Source: a virus
Reading direction: 5' to 3' (one strand)
Length of the DNA stretch: 64,000 bases
IMG/VR virus record: IMGVR_UViG_3300009149_000012
Coordinates: 84,882 to 148,881 of that record
In this document: positions 55,300 to 64,000 of the stretch, piece by piece
Layout of the letters: every line of letters starts with the position of its first letter
Numbering within the stretch: position 1 is the stretch's first letter
The notes under the pieces: model-generated
What the model was told of the DNA's origin: nothing
Databases searched by the model: none
The model's input: only the letters and a program-made list of their open reading frames with translations
Translations under genes and position numbers: made by a program

Positions 55300-55430
55300 G
55301 CTATCATGATGAGGATGACGATCAGAACGTCGCCCTCATCATCTTCATCCTGGTGTTGTTCATCGGGGGGTGGATTGGCTACGCCGTCTTGGAGTTCCTT
55401 GGATTCGTCACCTTCTATGACTTGCGCTGA
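55296..55430 (+). CDS. Small membrane protein
   Basis: Hydrophobic helix, GTGA overlap. Confidence 0.5.
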   Translation: MSYHDEDDDQNVALIIFILVLFIGGWIGYAVLEFLGFVTFYDLR

Positions 55431-55686
55431 TTGGTTCGTGTACATTCTCCAAAGCGAGGCGACGGGGACCTTGTACACAGGAGTGAGCAACGACCCATGG
55501 GCACGTTTGGTGAAACACAATACTGGCAAAGGTGCCAAATTCACGCGTTCAAGACGACCGTGGAAGATGATCTATCTGGTGGGTGGACTGTCGAAGTCCG
55601 AAGCCCTGAAAGCCGAAGCGTGGATCAAGAAAATGAAGCGAGTCCAAAAGCTCAAGCTCGTTTCCGGCGCTTCTTGGGCAAGTTGA
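55417..55686 (+). CDS. GIY-YIG nuclease
   Basis: FVYIL...LYTG...RL..HN.GKGAKFTR..RPW...E..IK. Confidence 0.9.
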   Translation: MTCADWFVYILQSEATGTLYTGVSNDPWARLVKHNTGKGAKFTRSRRPWKMIYLVGGLSKSEALKAEAWIKKMKRVQKLKLVSGASWAS

Positions 55687-56185
55687 TCTCGAAGACCGGA
55701 AGAGACAACGGTTCCCGGTCGAGCCCTGCCAGGTAGGCGACCCAGCCGCCCGCCACTGTCATCCCGATCGATCTCTCCCCAAGCAGCGTCGTCGAATTCC
55801 AGGCGGCGATCTTCTGAAACCACAGCCCGTCGAGAAGCTTGGCAAGCCTCACTGCATCCACAGCAACGCCAAGTAGATTGCACGGGGCGATCCCCGTGTC
55901 CTCTTCCCTCGAAATCTGAGTCACGTCTTGTGCCCACTTGGCAAGTTCAGGAACCGAAACGGCAGCCTTGTCTTGGGGGATCTTGGATTCCAGGATGTTG
56001 GTGATCCGAGTCACTTTGTCAATTGGACCTTCGTAGGGCTCAAAGTCACCACCTCGCATGGCAACGACCCACTTGCGATCCGTGGCGACGCTCCATTGAA
56101 CCTTGTTGACTTCGAGCCGAAAAGGCCGTTTGTTCCAATCAGAAGGTCCAACGAAGTCTTTGAGCTTCGTGGTCAGGTACGTCAT
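55652..56185 (-). CDS. Hypothetical protein
   Basis: Packed behind MTase. Confidence 0.65.
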   Translation of the reverse strand: MTYLTTKLKDFVGPSDWNKRPFRLEVNKVQWSVATDRKWVVAMRGGDFEPYEGPIDKVTRITNILESKIPQDKAAVSVPELAKWAQDVTQISREEDTGIAPCNLLGVAVDAVRLAKLLDGLWFQKIAAWNSTTLLGERSIGMTVAGGWVAYLAGLDREPLSLPVFEINLPKKRRKRA

Positions 56186-56187
56186 TT

Positions 56188-57729
56188 CTAAAGATCCGGG
56201 TCACAGTCCAGGTCGTTAATCATGTCGAAGATGTTGCGGGCATGCTGCTTGTCCCGCTCGACCCCCTCAACGATAGCCAAGCGCTTGGTTGCTGTATCAT
56301 GATACACCGGGTCTCGTTCAATCCCGACATATTGCATGCCAAGCTCGACCGCCGCTGCACATGTCGTCCCGCTCCCACAATACGGGTCGAGCACGAGCCC
56401 ACCGGGCCGGGTGACGAGCTTCACAAGCCACCGCATCAAAGCGATGGGCTTGCGGGTCGGATGCTTGTTTTCAAGTTGACCACCCATCGTTGACTCCGAA
56501 GGGCTCACCTTCGCTGTGTACATGAACGGGGCGTCAGGGATCTCTTGTCCCTCGAACTGTGGGAAGAAGCGGGAAGCCCCTCCGGAATCGTCATGACTGA
56601 CTTGCGGGGTTCCCACAGGGGTAGTTCGTTCTTTATAGGTATTCCATTGGTAACCTTTAGCAGTAGCTTTGACCACAGCACCCGAACCGCTGGTGAGCAT
56701 CCCGCTTTGCTCATCCAAGGCTTTGACCGGACAACCATCGGCGCATTCGTAGACCGCTTCCTCGATCTCGCCGCCCTCGGTTGACTTGAACGAATGCCCA
56801 GCGCCATCACCGAAGGGCTTCATACCGTCATCGAAGCGGTTGATGGTCGGAGCCTTGACCTTCTTTGTTCCAACGAGCTTGCACTCAGGAAGATGAGTGA
56901 ACGTCACATTCGGAGGCCAACGCCCCTCACCCTCATTGACCCGGGCCTTGGCCCTGTCTTCGGTGCCGTCCCGCTCGTGACTCCACAGCCGGCCCCCGCC
57001 CCCTTTGAGAATCTCACCGCTGCCGACCCGGCACTCACCGATGTTCAAGGCGCCGGTTCCGTGCTTGAGGACGTTTTCGGCCACAGTGCCTTCGAGCGGC
57101 TTTCTAAAAACAAGGATTGGTTCCCACAGGGGTCTCAGAGCCGTGCCCCATCCATCCCACATCTCAGCTTCGGCCGTGGCCGGGGCTGTGACGTCAGGAA
57201 CCTCTTGCCATCCACTACCACTGGCGTGTGGACGACCCATAGTGTCAATCCGAGTAGTTGATGCGGGAGATGAATGTTTTCCAATCACCTCTCGCTCGGC
57301 TCCCGCCGCCTTGTCAATGGCTTTGCTCACGTCGTGGTTCTTCGGGAAGCCTTGGCCTCGAAGCCAGATGAGAACGCCGCCGTAGATGCTGGCGATCGTG
57401 TCCCGGTCCGTGAACCCCGCCATCCGGATCCCCATGCTCATCAAATCCCACGTCCTGGTACCTGCCAAACTCAGCAGATAGCCCCCGGGCTTCAGGACCC
57501 GGTAGCACTGGGTCCAAAGCTCAACGGGTGGAAGATCCCAATCCTTGCCCATGAAGTCCCCACCCGTGTTCAAACCGCCGCCTTGAAGGAAGGCGATGAT
57601 CTCTTCTGGGGTGGGCTCATGGTTGCCGAGCCCGTAGGGAGGGTCGGTCACGACGGAGTCGACGGATTCGTCTGGGAAGGATTTGAGAACTTCGAGGCTA
57701 TCGCCCCACAGGATGACGTCTGACTCCAT
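56188..57729 (-). CDS. N6/N4 DNA methyltransferase (beta class)
   Basis: TDPPY, HPTRKP, LDPYCGSGT. Confidence 0.92.
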   Translation of the reverse strand: MESDVILWGDSLEVLKSFPDESVDSVVTDPPYGLGNHEPTPEEIIAFLQGGGLNTGGDFMGKDWDLPPVELWTQCYRVLKPGGYLLSLAGTRTWDLMSMGIRMAGFTDRDTIASIYGGVLIWLRGQGFPKNHDVSKAIDKAAGAEREVIGKHSSPASTTRIDTMGRPHASGSGWQEVPDVTAPATAEAEMWDGWGTALRPLWEPILVFRKPLEGTVAENVLKHGTGALNIGECRVGSGEILKGGGGRLWSHERDGTEDRAKARVNEGEGRWPPNVTFTHLPECKLVGTKKVKAPTINRFDDGMKPFGDGAGHSFKSTEGGEIEEAVYECADGCPVKALDEQSGMLTSGSGAVVKATAKGYQWNTYKERTTPVGTPQVSHDDSGGASRFFPQFEGQEIPDAPFMYTAKVSPSESTMGGQLENKHPTRKPIALMRWLVKLVTRPGGLVLDPYCGSGTTCAAAVELGMQYVGIERDPVYHDTATKRLAIVEGVERDKQHARNIFDMINDLDCDPDL

Positions 57730-57745
57730 GTGGGGGAGTATACAC

Positions 57746-58606
57746 CTAGACGGCGGCTTTGATGTACTCCTCCAAGACGTCCAGAACCTTGGGCTTGTAG
57801 TTTTTGTGGAAGTTGCGGTAGGAGATCGGGTTCTGTTGGAAGAAGGGGATCATGGCCGGCTTGTCCTTGTCCTTGTCTCCCACAAGCTCGTTCGTATCGT
57901 AATCCAGAACGAGCCCCATCACGTATTCATCGGCAGGCCACTGAAAGTTGCGCTGAAGGATCCGACGAAGGTCCCGGTGAAGCTGCCCGGTGGTCCGATC
58001 GATGATGTAATCTTCGAACGCTTCCAGGTCGGAGGTGTCCTCGACGTCGACCTGAACCTCGCCACCACCCTCATCATCCGTCTTGGTCAAGGAATCCGGC
58101 TCGCCACGGCGCCGGACCTTCGTCATCCACTCACGCAGGATGTACTTCATCTTGCCGATGACGTAGTTCTCCGCTTCCGTCCGAGTGCCCGTGAGCTTTT
58201 TGAAGTTCTTGAAAAAGAAGATGTAGACCGCTTGAAGCGCGTCGTTGGCACCTTCGACCGGGTTGTTCATCCCAAGCTGCCGAGCCACGGCATAGGCTTT
58301 CTTCCATGCCTTGTCAGCAAACTGCGTTGCCTCCCGAATCGTCGGCGACGGGGGCACCCGAACGAACTGGTCATCCTTCGGAGCACGCTCGGCCCACTCG
58401 TAGAAAGGCTTGCCCTTGATTTCGGGCATGTCCTCGATCTCCGCACGCCCGAAGATCCCGTACATGGCGGTGGCCCAATTGTACTGGTTGGTGGCGGAAA
58501 GGACGTAGAAAAGGTGGGCGACGCGAACCGACCTGGGCAGGGTGGCGAAGATCCTGCGGCGGGTGTCAGCAGCCGAGCGGATGAGGTGTGCTTGTCGAAG
58601 TTCCAT
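57746..58606 (-). CDS. Divergent sigma-factor-like protein (tentative)
   Basis: Region-2-like ANDALQAVY...NYVIGKMKYILREW. Confidence 0.4.
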   Translation of the reverse strand: MELRQAHLIRSAADTRRRIFATLPRSVRVAHLFYVLSATNQYNWATAMYGIFGRAEIEDMPEIKGKPFYEWAERAPKDDQFVRVPPSPTIREATQFADKAWKKAYAVARQLGMNNPVEGANDALQAVYIFFFKNFKKLTGTRTEAENYVIGKMKYILREWMTKVRRRGEPDSLTKTDDEGGGEVQVDVEDTSDLEAFEDYIIDRTTGQLHRDLRRILQRNFQWPADEYVMGLVLDYDTNELVGDKDKDKPAMIPFFQQNPISYRNFHKNYKPKVLDVLEEYIKAAV

Positions 58607-58630
58607 CGCCTTAGCAATGGGACAAGTAAA

Positions 58631-59404
58631 TCATCCGTGTCGAACGGCCTGGAAGGTGCGGGTCGAGATCTGAAGCTTGGTCGCCACTTCGGACAGGGTG
58701 TAGCCCTGGCGCATCATGTCGAGCACGTTGACCATCTTCTCTTCACCGATGGCGTCACGCAGACGGCCCAAGGTCATGTTGCGGTCGGTCACTTCGTCCA
58801 CGCCCGTGCACTCAGTGTCGGCGACGTGGGATTCCCACGAGGTGCCGTCCTCGAAGGGGGCAAGGTACATGTCCCGGTCCTTGCGGCTCTTGGTCCGCAG
58901 CCAGTTGGCGAAGTGCCGACGCACAGACAGCGTCAGGTAGGCTTCGAACTGTCCCTTGGTCACGTCGCCAAGCTTCGCAGCAACCCGGGGCTCCGGATGC
59001 TTGCGGAAGTAGTTCGATGCGTCAAGCGCTTCGATGTCCTCGTAGGAGTAGACGGCCGACTTGGCTCCGAAGCCACCACTGAGGGGCTTGGGCATCATTC
59101 CGACAGTCTTGCGTCCCTTGTTGTTGCGGACGCCCCGCCAGATCGCGACCTTGAAGGTCGGGAAGGGTACCCCAAGGTACGCCGCAGCTTCGGCACCCGT
59201 GAAGGTCGCTTGGCATGCCGACTGCTTGAACTTCTTGAGCACGCCCACGCCGCCCGCCGACACGAGCCGCACCCAGATGTCCCCTTGGATGTCGTCGAAG
59301 TCGCTAGGGATGACGTTGTACTTGCGCAGAAGGCGAGCCACGAAGGATGCGTATCGGATGTACAGTTCTTGCTCGTCCCGAGGGACTTGGAAGGTGTCGC
59401 CCAT
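58631..59404 (-). CDS. ECF-like sigma factor with internal HTH insertion
   Basis: FDDIQGDIWVRL, FEAYL....RRHFANWLR, GYTLSEVATKLQIS. Confidence 0.65.
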   Translation of the reverse strand: MGDTFQVPRDEQELYIRYASFVARLLRKYNVIPSDFDDIQGDIWVRLVSAGGVGVLKKFKQSACQATFTGAEAAAYLGVPFPTFKVAIWRGVRNNKGRKTVGMMPKPLSGGFGAKSAVYSYEDIEALDASNYFRKHPEPRVAAKLGDVTKGQFEAYLTLSVRRHFANWLRTKSRKDRDMYLAPFEDGTSWESHVADTECTGVDEVTDRNMTLGRLRDAIGEEKMVNVLDMMRQGYTLSEVATKLQISTRTFQAVRHG

Positions 59405-59448
59405 GATGTGATCCCCTTAGCAGTCGGTGTAGTGTCGGGTTGCTACTT

Positions 59449-59475
59449 CTAAGGCACCAAGGTTGTCCCGATCAA
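59449..59475 (-). promoter_or_regulatory. TTGATY-N16-CTTAG promoter motif
   Basis: Repeat motif upstream of sigma-like gene. Confidence 0.7.
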
Positions 59476-59603
59476 CCGTGATGTCCCAATAATTGGAGCG
59501 GATTATCCGCAGCGAACAGTGAAGTTCGCACCTATTCTCGTACACCAAACGACCCACGGGGTCAATCCTTTTTTACCTCTTCCCTTGGTGTAGGAGAAGC
59601 CAT

Positions 59604-60128
59604 ATGCCCCCCGCACAACTTCCACCTGAGGTGAAATGGTATTCCAAAGAACTAAAGGCCCGAAGCGCAGCCATCGAGGCGGCAGACAAAGAAAAAGCCA
59701 TTGAGCCTGATTCCAAGGAAACCCTCGCCGAGCTACTCGGTACCATCGAAGATTCGTCGCTCTCGCACCACGTCATGCAGCATGCCATCGCTCGCCTAGC
59801 ACAAGAGACGACGCCACCCTATCCGCTCACACAACCCAAGACATACTTCGACCTTGCATGCTTCGCTTGGCTCAATCTCGAAAATGCCTCAGCGCGTCAT
59901 TGGTTCGAACGGCTCGATCCACTTTTCGAAGAGGAATCAGCCTTGTGGCAAGGACTTGAGGCTCAAGAGCTTCGGCTTTGGGTCCAGGCGATGTGGGCGT
60001 TCAAGAATGGTGAGAGGAAAGCTTCGAAGCGTTTTTGGTCTCAGGCGGTGAAGATCAGTGGTTCGTTTGGGACGGACGCTCATCCTACGATTGCTTGGAC
60101 GTATGCTTGCACTTTCGCTCACGCGTAG
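59604..60128 (+). CDS. Hypothetical helical protein
   Basis: ATG 11 nt after GGTGTA. Confidence 0.7.
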   Translation: MPPAQLPPEVKWYSKELKARSAAIEAADKEKAIEPDSKETLAELLGTIEDSSLSHHVMQHAIARLAQETTPPYPLTQPKTYFDLACFAWLNLENASARHWFERLDPLFEEESALWQGLEAQELRLWVQAMWAFKNGERKASKRFWSQAVKISGSFGTDAHPTIAWTYACTFAHA

Positions 60129-60212
60129 CGTTTCGCTCAGACTCAACGTACTCGCCAGGCTCGTACTATGGGGTGGGATGATCTTTGTATCAGGAGCAGC
60201 AAGCTTCAGACG

Positions 60213-60236
60213 CTAGGAGTCTAGAGAGACTCCTAG
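60213..60236. repeat. Inverted repeat in intergenic region
   Basis: CTAGGAGTCT-AGAG-AGACTCCTAG. Confidence 0.6.
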
Positions 60237-60450
60237 AAGTGTATCCTCTTAGGAAGGTGATCATACACTTCAAGGGAACTACTTAGCTCAACCCCCACTG
60301 AAGGCGTGGATCAACACACCGTGGGGATGTACAAGCGCGTCGATCAAATCGACCCTACTGACCCCAGATCAATCTCCAACTGGTGTAAGTACCATGGCCA
60401 AGCTCGTTTTGGCAACACCCTAATCCACCGATAGGAAACTCACCTAAGAG

Positions 60451-60771
60451 ATGATCGGACCTACTTTAATCGAGCTTTCGGACGTGAACGGCAAACCAAA
60501 AGCCCTCGTGGGGGATCTTCCCACCCCCTTGCGTGTAGGTGACCGGCTCACACTGAAGTTCACGATCCGTCGCACGAACAAGGGACGGCTCGAACAACTC
60601 GATGTAAATGGGGAATTTCGTATCACGACCGTGTCCTTCGACGCCTCAGCGAGCCCCCCTCGCCAGGTGATTTCCGTCCAGAGCGAAGACGTGCCGAAGT
60701 GGCGATCCGTGAAGAAAGCTTCCAAGAGCCGAATGGCCCCTGCGAAGTTTCCTCGAACCAAGATCAGGTAA
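60451..60771 (+). CDS. Hypothetical protein
   Basis: 106-aa ORF. Confidence 0.6.
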   Translation: MIGPTLIELSDVNGKPKALVGDLPTPLRVGDRLTLKFTIRRTNKGRLEQLDVNGEFRITTVSFDASASPPRQVISVQSEDVPKWRSVKKASKSRMAPAKFPRTKIR

Positions 60772-60774
60772 ACC

Positions 60775-61089
60775 ATGCAGCCGACGATTGAAAGCAACCG
60801 TCCTTCCCGTCCCCCGTCTGCCATTTGGATTCCCGACAAAGGCGAAGTCAGCATCTACCGTGGAACCCCTGTTGAGATGGTTCAGCAGATGGCTGAGGAG
60901 ATGACGGATACGGAAGGCACCCCTGACATCTTCGAAGCGGTCGACATGCTTTTGGAGAGTCTCGCCGATCACCGGGACATCTACGTCAATGTCGACCTTG
61001 ATGGGGTCTCTGACGAATCGGTGATGGCGTCGACGCTCATCCAAGTCCTTCTCGGCATCGGCATTGCTAAGCCAATGCCCAAAGCGTAG
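60775..61089 (+). CDS. Hypothetical protein
   Basis: Packed. Confidence 0.6.
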   Translation: MQPTIESNRPSRPPSAIWIPDKGEVSIYRGTPVEMVQQMAEEMTDTEGTPDIFEAVDMLLESLADHRDIYVNVDLDGVSDESVMASTLIQVLLGIGIAKPMPKA

Positions 61090-61108
61090 CGCCCCTTCCT
61101 GCCCTCCG

Positions 61109-61396
61109 TCAGTCTTCCAGGTCGAACAGCATCTGGAGACTGACGAGCGCCGTGTACAGGTCCCCAAGGTACGTCAGAAGCTCACACGCTCGCTGGCTCG
61201 GCAAGTCCTTGCGGCCCTTAAGCTCGGCTGCCATGCGCAAGGCCCGGGAGTCGTCGGTGTGCTCCAAGTCGAACGTGAAGAGCCGACCCGCAAGGTTGAT
61301 CGTCGAGTCGTAGGACCCAAGCTCGATCCCCTCTTGGCGGATGTAGACGGCGGCTTCGTCCACGATGGCTCGGTAGTGGTTGAGGGCGGCGTTCAT
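61109..61396 (-). CDS. Hypothetical protein
   Basis: Start MNAALNHY after upstream stop. Confidence 0.6.
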   Translation of the reverse strand: MNAALNHYRAIVDEAAVYIRQEGIELGSYDSTINLAGRLFTFDLEHTDDSRALRMAAELKGRKDLPSQRACELLTYLGDLYTALVSLQMLFDLED

Positions 61397-61397
61397 G

Positions 61398-61580
61398 TTA
61401 GCTGATATCCCAGGCGGTGACATTGTGGGTGTCGATGATGTCAGTGTCGCCACGACGGATGGCCTGGCGAGCGGCACGGCGGTTGGCACGGTGAGCCTTG
61501 CGGGCAAGGCGGGTAAGGTCACGGGCACCGCCATATACGAGGCGGGTGCTGCGGCGGGCGGCTTTGGTGACAGTGTTCAT
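61398..61580 (-). CDS. Small Arg-rich protein
   Basis: ATG 7 nt after CTTAG. Confidence 0.6.
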   Translation of the reverse strand: MNTVTKAARRSTRLVYGGARDLTRLARKAHRANRRAARQAIRRGDTDIIDTHNVTAWDIS

Positions 61581-61587
61581 GCCCCCT

Positions 61588-61614
61588 CTAAGGCGGGGGA
61601 GACGGCTCGATCAA
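61588..61614 (-). promoter_or_regulatory. TTGATY-N16-CTTAG promoter motif
   Basis: Repeat motif. Confidence 0.7.
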
Positions 61615-62243
61615 CTGCCGGGGGGCTTTTTTCTGAAGGCGTCGATATCGGTACCAACGGGGCCACGAGCTTTATCCCCGCAGTAGTGACCGGCATAGGG
61701 CTCGATATCCCCAACGACCGTGTGAAAACGCACCTGGGCGATGCGCATCCCGGGAAACACCCTCACCGGGTGCTGAACGGTGACTTCCATTGTGTATTGC
61801 CCGTCGAATCCGGGATCGATGTAGCCCGCCGTCATGTGAACTTGGATGAATAGCCGCCCCAAACTCGATTTTCCGTCGAGCACGGCGACGTAGTCCTGCG
61901 TGCACACACGCTCGTTCGTGTGCATGAGGTACCCAACACCAGGCTTGAGCACCCACCCCCGGTCCGGATCAATCTCGAAAGTCTTCGTGTCGAAGGGCTT
62001 GCGAATGTCGAGCGTCCGATCATGCGGGAAAACCCCACATCCGTCCGGCCCACGTCTTTTCTTGTCAGAAACGCCGGCCCATTCGTCGATCCACGTCCAA
62101 CCAGCATAGACCGCCACAGTCTTGCCAAGCGTCAGGTCATAGCTCGCTGGGTTGATCTGTGCCGGGTCGTACGGATCGATGAAAATCCGTCCTTGCAAGA
62201 TCTTCTGTTGGATTGCCCTGCCCGAAAGAATCCCTGCTTCCAT
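61611..62243 (-). CDS. dcd: dCTP deaminase
   Basis: INPASYDLTLG, GKSSLGRL, TAGYIDPGF.G..T.E. Confidence 0.92.
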   Translation of the reverse strand: MEAGILSGRAIQQKILQGRIFIDPYDPAQINPASYDLTLGKTVAVYAGWTWIDEWAGVSDKKRRGPDGCGVFPHDRTLDIRKPFDTKTFEIDPDRGWVLKPGVGYLMHTNERVCTQDYVAVLDGKSSLGRLFIQVHMTAGYIDPGFDGQYTMEVTVQHPVRVFPGMRIAQVRFHTVVGDIEPYAGHYCGDKARGPVGTDIDAFRKKPPGS

Positions 62244-62277
62244 GGGAGCGTACCTTACCGCATCTGATTCAGATGCC

Positions 62278-62628
62278 TCAAGAGGGGGGATTGCAGACAG
62301 GTTCGATTTCGGAACAGTACGTGATCGTATTCACGATGCACTCCGTGTTCCAAAAAACGCCGTCTTTGTGTCCTTGGATGCAGTCCATCTCACAGGTGAT
62401 GATGCCGCCGTCGCCATCATTGTAGTTCAAGGATTCCTCGCAGGCGAATGCCTCCGGGGCAGCATCCGGGTACAGGGGCATGATGCGCATCTTGGCGCAC
62501 GCCTCATCGCAAAGCTCGGCCCCTGTGACCGGAGTGACGTGCGGAGCCGGGTCACCGGAAGGGTGCCCGGAGCAAGCCGCCAAGGAAATGGCGAGGATTC
62601 CAGCGATGGTGTAAACGTGCAAAGTCAT
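62278..62628 (-). CDS. Cys-rich lipoprotein
   Basis: Signal peptide, lipobox LAAC. Confidence 0.65.
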   Translation of the reverse strand: MTLHVYTIAGILAISLAACSGHPSGDPAPHVTPVTGAELCDEACAKMRIMPLYPDAAPEAFACEESLNYNDGDGGIITCEMDCIQGHKDGVFWNTECIVNTITYCSEIEPVCNPPS

Positions 62629-63455
62629 CACAGCGCACCTCTCGTGGGGACCCAAAGGGACTTGGTCCGGCTCCACTTGACGAAGTCGGGGTTCATCCAG
62701 AAGTAGCCCTTGTCACCCCACCGTGTGCTCCAAGAATTGCGGGCACGGAACGCGTTGCGGGTTTTCGACCACCCGCAGATGACCATGGCGTGACCGCCGA
62801 CGATGGTGTCACGTGGGATTGTGACCGTAGCGGTCCCCTTGTGGGCCACGAAGCTCTTTGAGACCTTGGTACCGAACAGTACCGGGTGCTTGGCACTCAG
62901 GGCCTTGATGACGGCTTCTACGCGATCGTTGCCTGTGTCCCCGATGCAGTAGAACTTGTCGCACCGGTTTGGGCTGGCTTCCCGGAAGCTCATGATGCTC
63001 GGGCGGCGGGTAGCCTGATTCGTGTCGTAGGGCCAACGAACCTCTGTGCAGATGCCGTAGCGGGCGACCACATCCATGGCGAGCCGGTTGAAGGTGCCGG
63101 ATCGAGCGTTGCCCGTCTGGTTGGGGTTCATCAAGTTGCGGGCGCACCACCAGACGAACATCCTCGACAAGTGAGGTACCTGGCTCGGTGGGATGTCCTT
63201 CCAAATGGACTGCGCCGCCTCCCACAAGTCTGCCGTCGCGTTGCCGACGCAGCTTGGAAGGTGGAACTGATCCGAGACTTCCTTGAAGTGGGGCGTCAGG
63301 TCAATCTCCCCTTGCGGGGTCACGCCTGATCCAATCCCACTGAGGCTGAATGGAAGGTCCCGGGTGTCAGGCGGGTCGTCCACCCAACCGAACGTACGTG
63401 GAACCGTGACTTCGGCGATTCGGATTCGCCGGAACCGATTGAAGATGCTGAACAT
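62628..63455 (-). CDS. Papain-like (C1A) cysteine peptidase
   Basis: Q....SC, GGHAM, RNSW...WG..GY. Confidence 0.9.
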   Translation of the reverse strand: MFSIFNRFRRIRIAEVTVPRTFGWVDDPPDTRDLPFSLSGIGSGVTPQGEIDLTPHFKEVSDQFHLPSCVGNATADLWEAAQSIWKDIPPSQVPHLSRMFVWWCARNLMNPNQTGNARSGTFNRLAMDVVARYGICTEVRWPYDTNQATRRPSIMSFREASPNRCDKFYCIGDTGNDRVEAVIKALSAKHPVLFGTKVSKSFVAHKGTATVTIPRDTIVGGHAMVICGWSKTRNAFRARNSWSTRWGDKGYFWMNPDFVKWSRTKSLWVPTRGAL

Positions 63456-63494
63456 GTCGAGTCTCCCTATGCTGAGAGACTCTTCACAAGAGGA

Positions 63495-63641
63495 TCAACC
63501 CTTGCGAGTGGCACCGGATAGGTAGGTCGCGTTCCTGGCATCGGCAACCGCACTCAAGTCGGCAGCGCCCACGTTCACGAACACACCAGCGAGCCGAATG
63601 GCGCAGACGATGATGTGAACGTGGTGGGCGACTTTGGACAT
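63495..63641 (-). CDS. Small hypothetical protein
   Basis: MSKVAHHV..., read manually. Confidence 0.35.
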   Translation of the reverse strand: MSKVAHHVHIIVCAIRLAGVFVNVGAADLSAVADARNATYLSGATRKG

Positions 63642-63671
63642 GACACCCGTAAGGGACAGGTACCAGGCCGA

Positions 63672-63995
63672 TCAACCGAGTTTTTGCTTTAGCTGTTCAG
63701 GAGGGTATGCCCACACGCCGGGGGAGACAGCCTTGACGGAATGACCCGGTACATAGTCACTTCGGATTCGGGTCGGAACCGCTACGAGCCACCGCTGAAC
63801 GGGGATCGCCACATGCTTTCGAAAGTGCCTGACCGCCGCATCCGGCCCCTGACCGCCCTTCTCGAATCCGATGACCCTTCCTTTCGGGCCTTCCACCAAG
63901 ATCGTCCAGAAGGTCCCTCCTACCCGCTTGATGCCCCGCTTCTCAGACAAGCCATGCAGGTAGAGGACGGCTTCCCACAGCCCGGTTTTGATCAA
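63672..63995 (-). CDS. Hypothetical protein, probably 5'-truncated by window edge
   Basis: Open frame to window end. Confidence 0.5.
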   Translation of the reverse strand: MIKTGLWEAVLYLHGLSEKRGIKRVGGTFWTILVEGPKGRVIGFEKGGQGPDAAVRHFRKHVAIPVQRWLVAVPTRIRSDYVPGHSVKAVSPGVWAYPPEQLKQKLG

Positions 63996-64000
63996 CCCCA

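Noticed and set aside
60130-60440. Replication origin
   Set aside because: One palindrome and three GATCAA words only; no iteron array or AT-rich unwinding element.

Overview
This window is a 64-kb segment of a large, GC-rich tailed phage genome (jumbo-phage style; host not determinable, possibly myxobacterial-like), almost entirely transcribed from the minus strand. Positions 1-31 kb hold a replication/recombination block: NusG-5'-3' exonuclease fusion, DnaX/HolA/HolB clamp loader, clamp, primase, split SbcC plus SbcD, RecA, RuvC, SSB, RecD2, LigA, intein-containing NrdJ and GroEL. Positions 31-53.5 kb hold an RNA-gene island with about 47 tRNAs covering all 20 amino acids (no suppressors), a tmRNA, four HNH genes and at least 15 non-canonical structured RNA elements between the tRNAs. 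Positions 53.5-64 kb hold a methyltransferase, two sigma-like genes, dCTP deaminase, a papain-like protease and hypotheticals. Most notable: (1) the tRNA operon starts with a 54-codon leader ORF using all 20 amino acids, whose stop codon overlaps an antiterminator strand, a candidate attenuator sensing depletion of any tRNA; (2) tRNA-shell RNAs with large inserts and spacer RNAs show striking mutual complementarity (15-bp perfect match plus further blocks 13 kb apart), suggesting a multi-RNA assembly; (3) two HNH cassettes split a tRNA gene and carry a replacement isoacceptor; (4) two recurring promoter motifs. All RNA calls were made by eye; coordinates may be off by a few nt.
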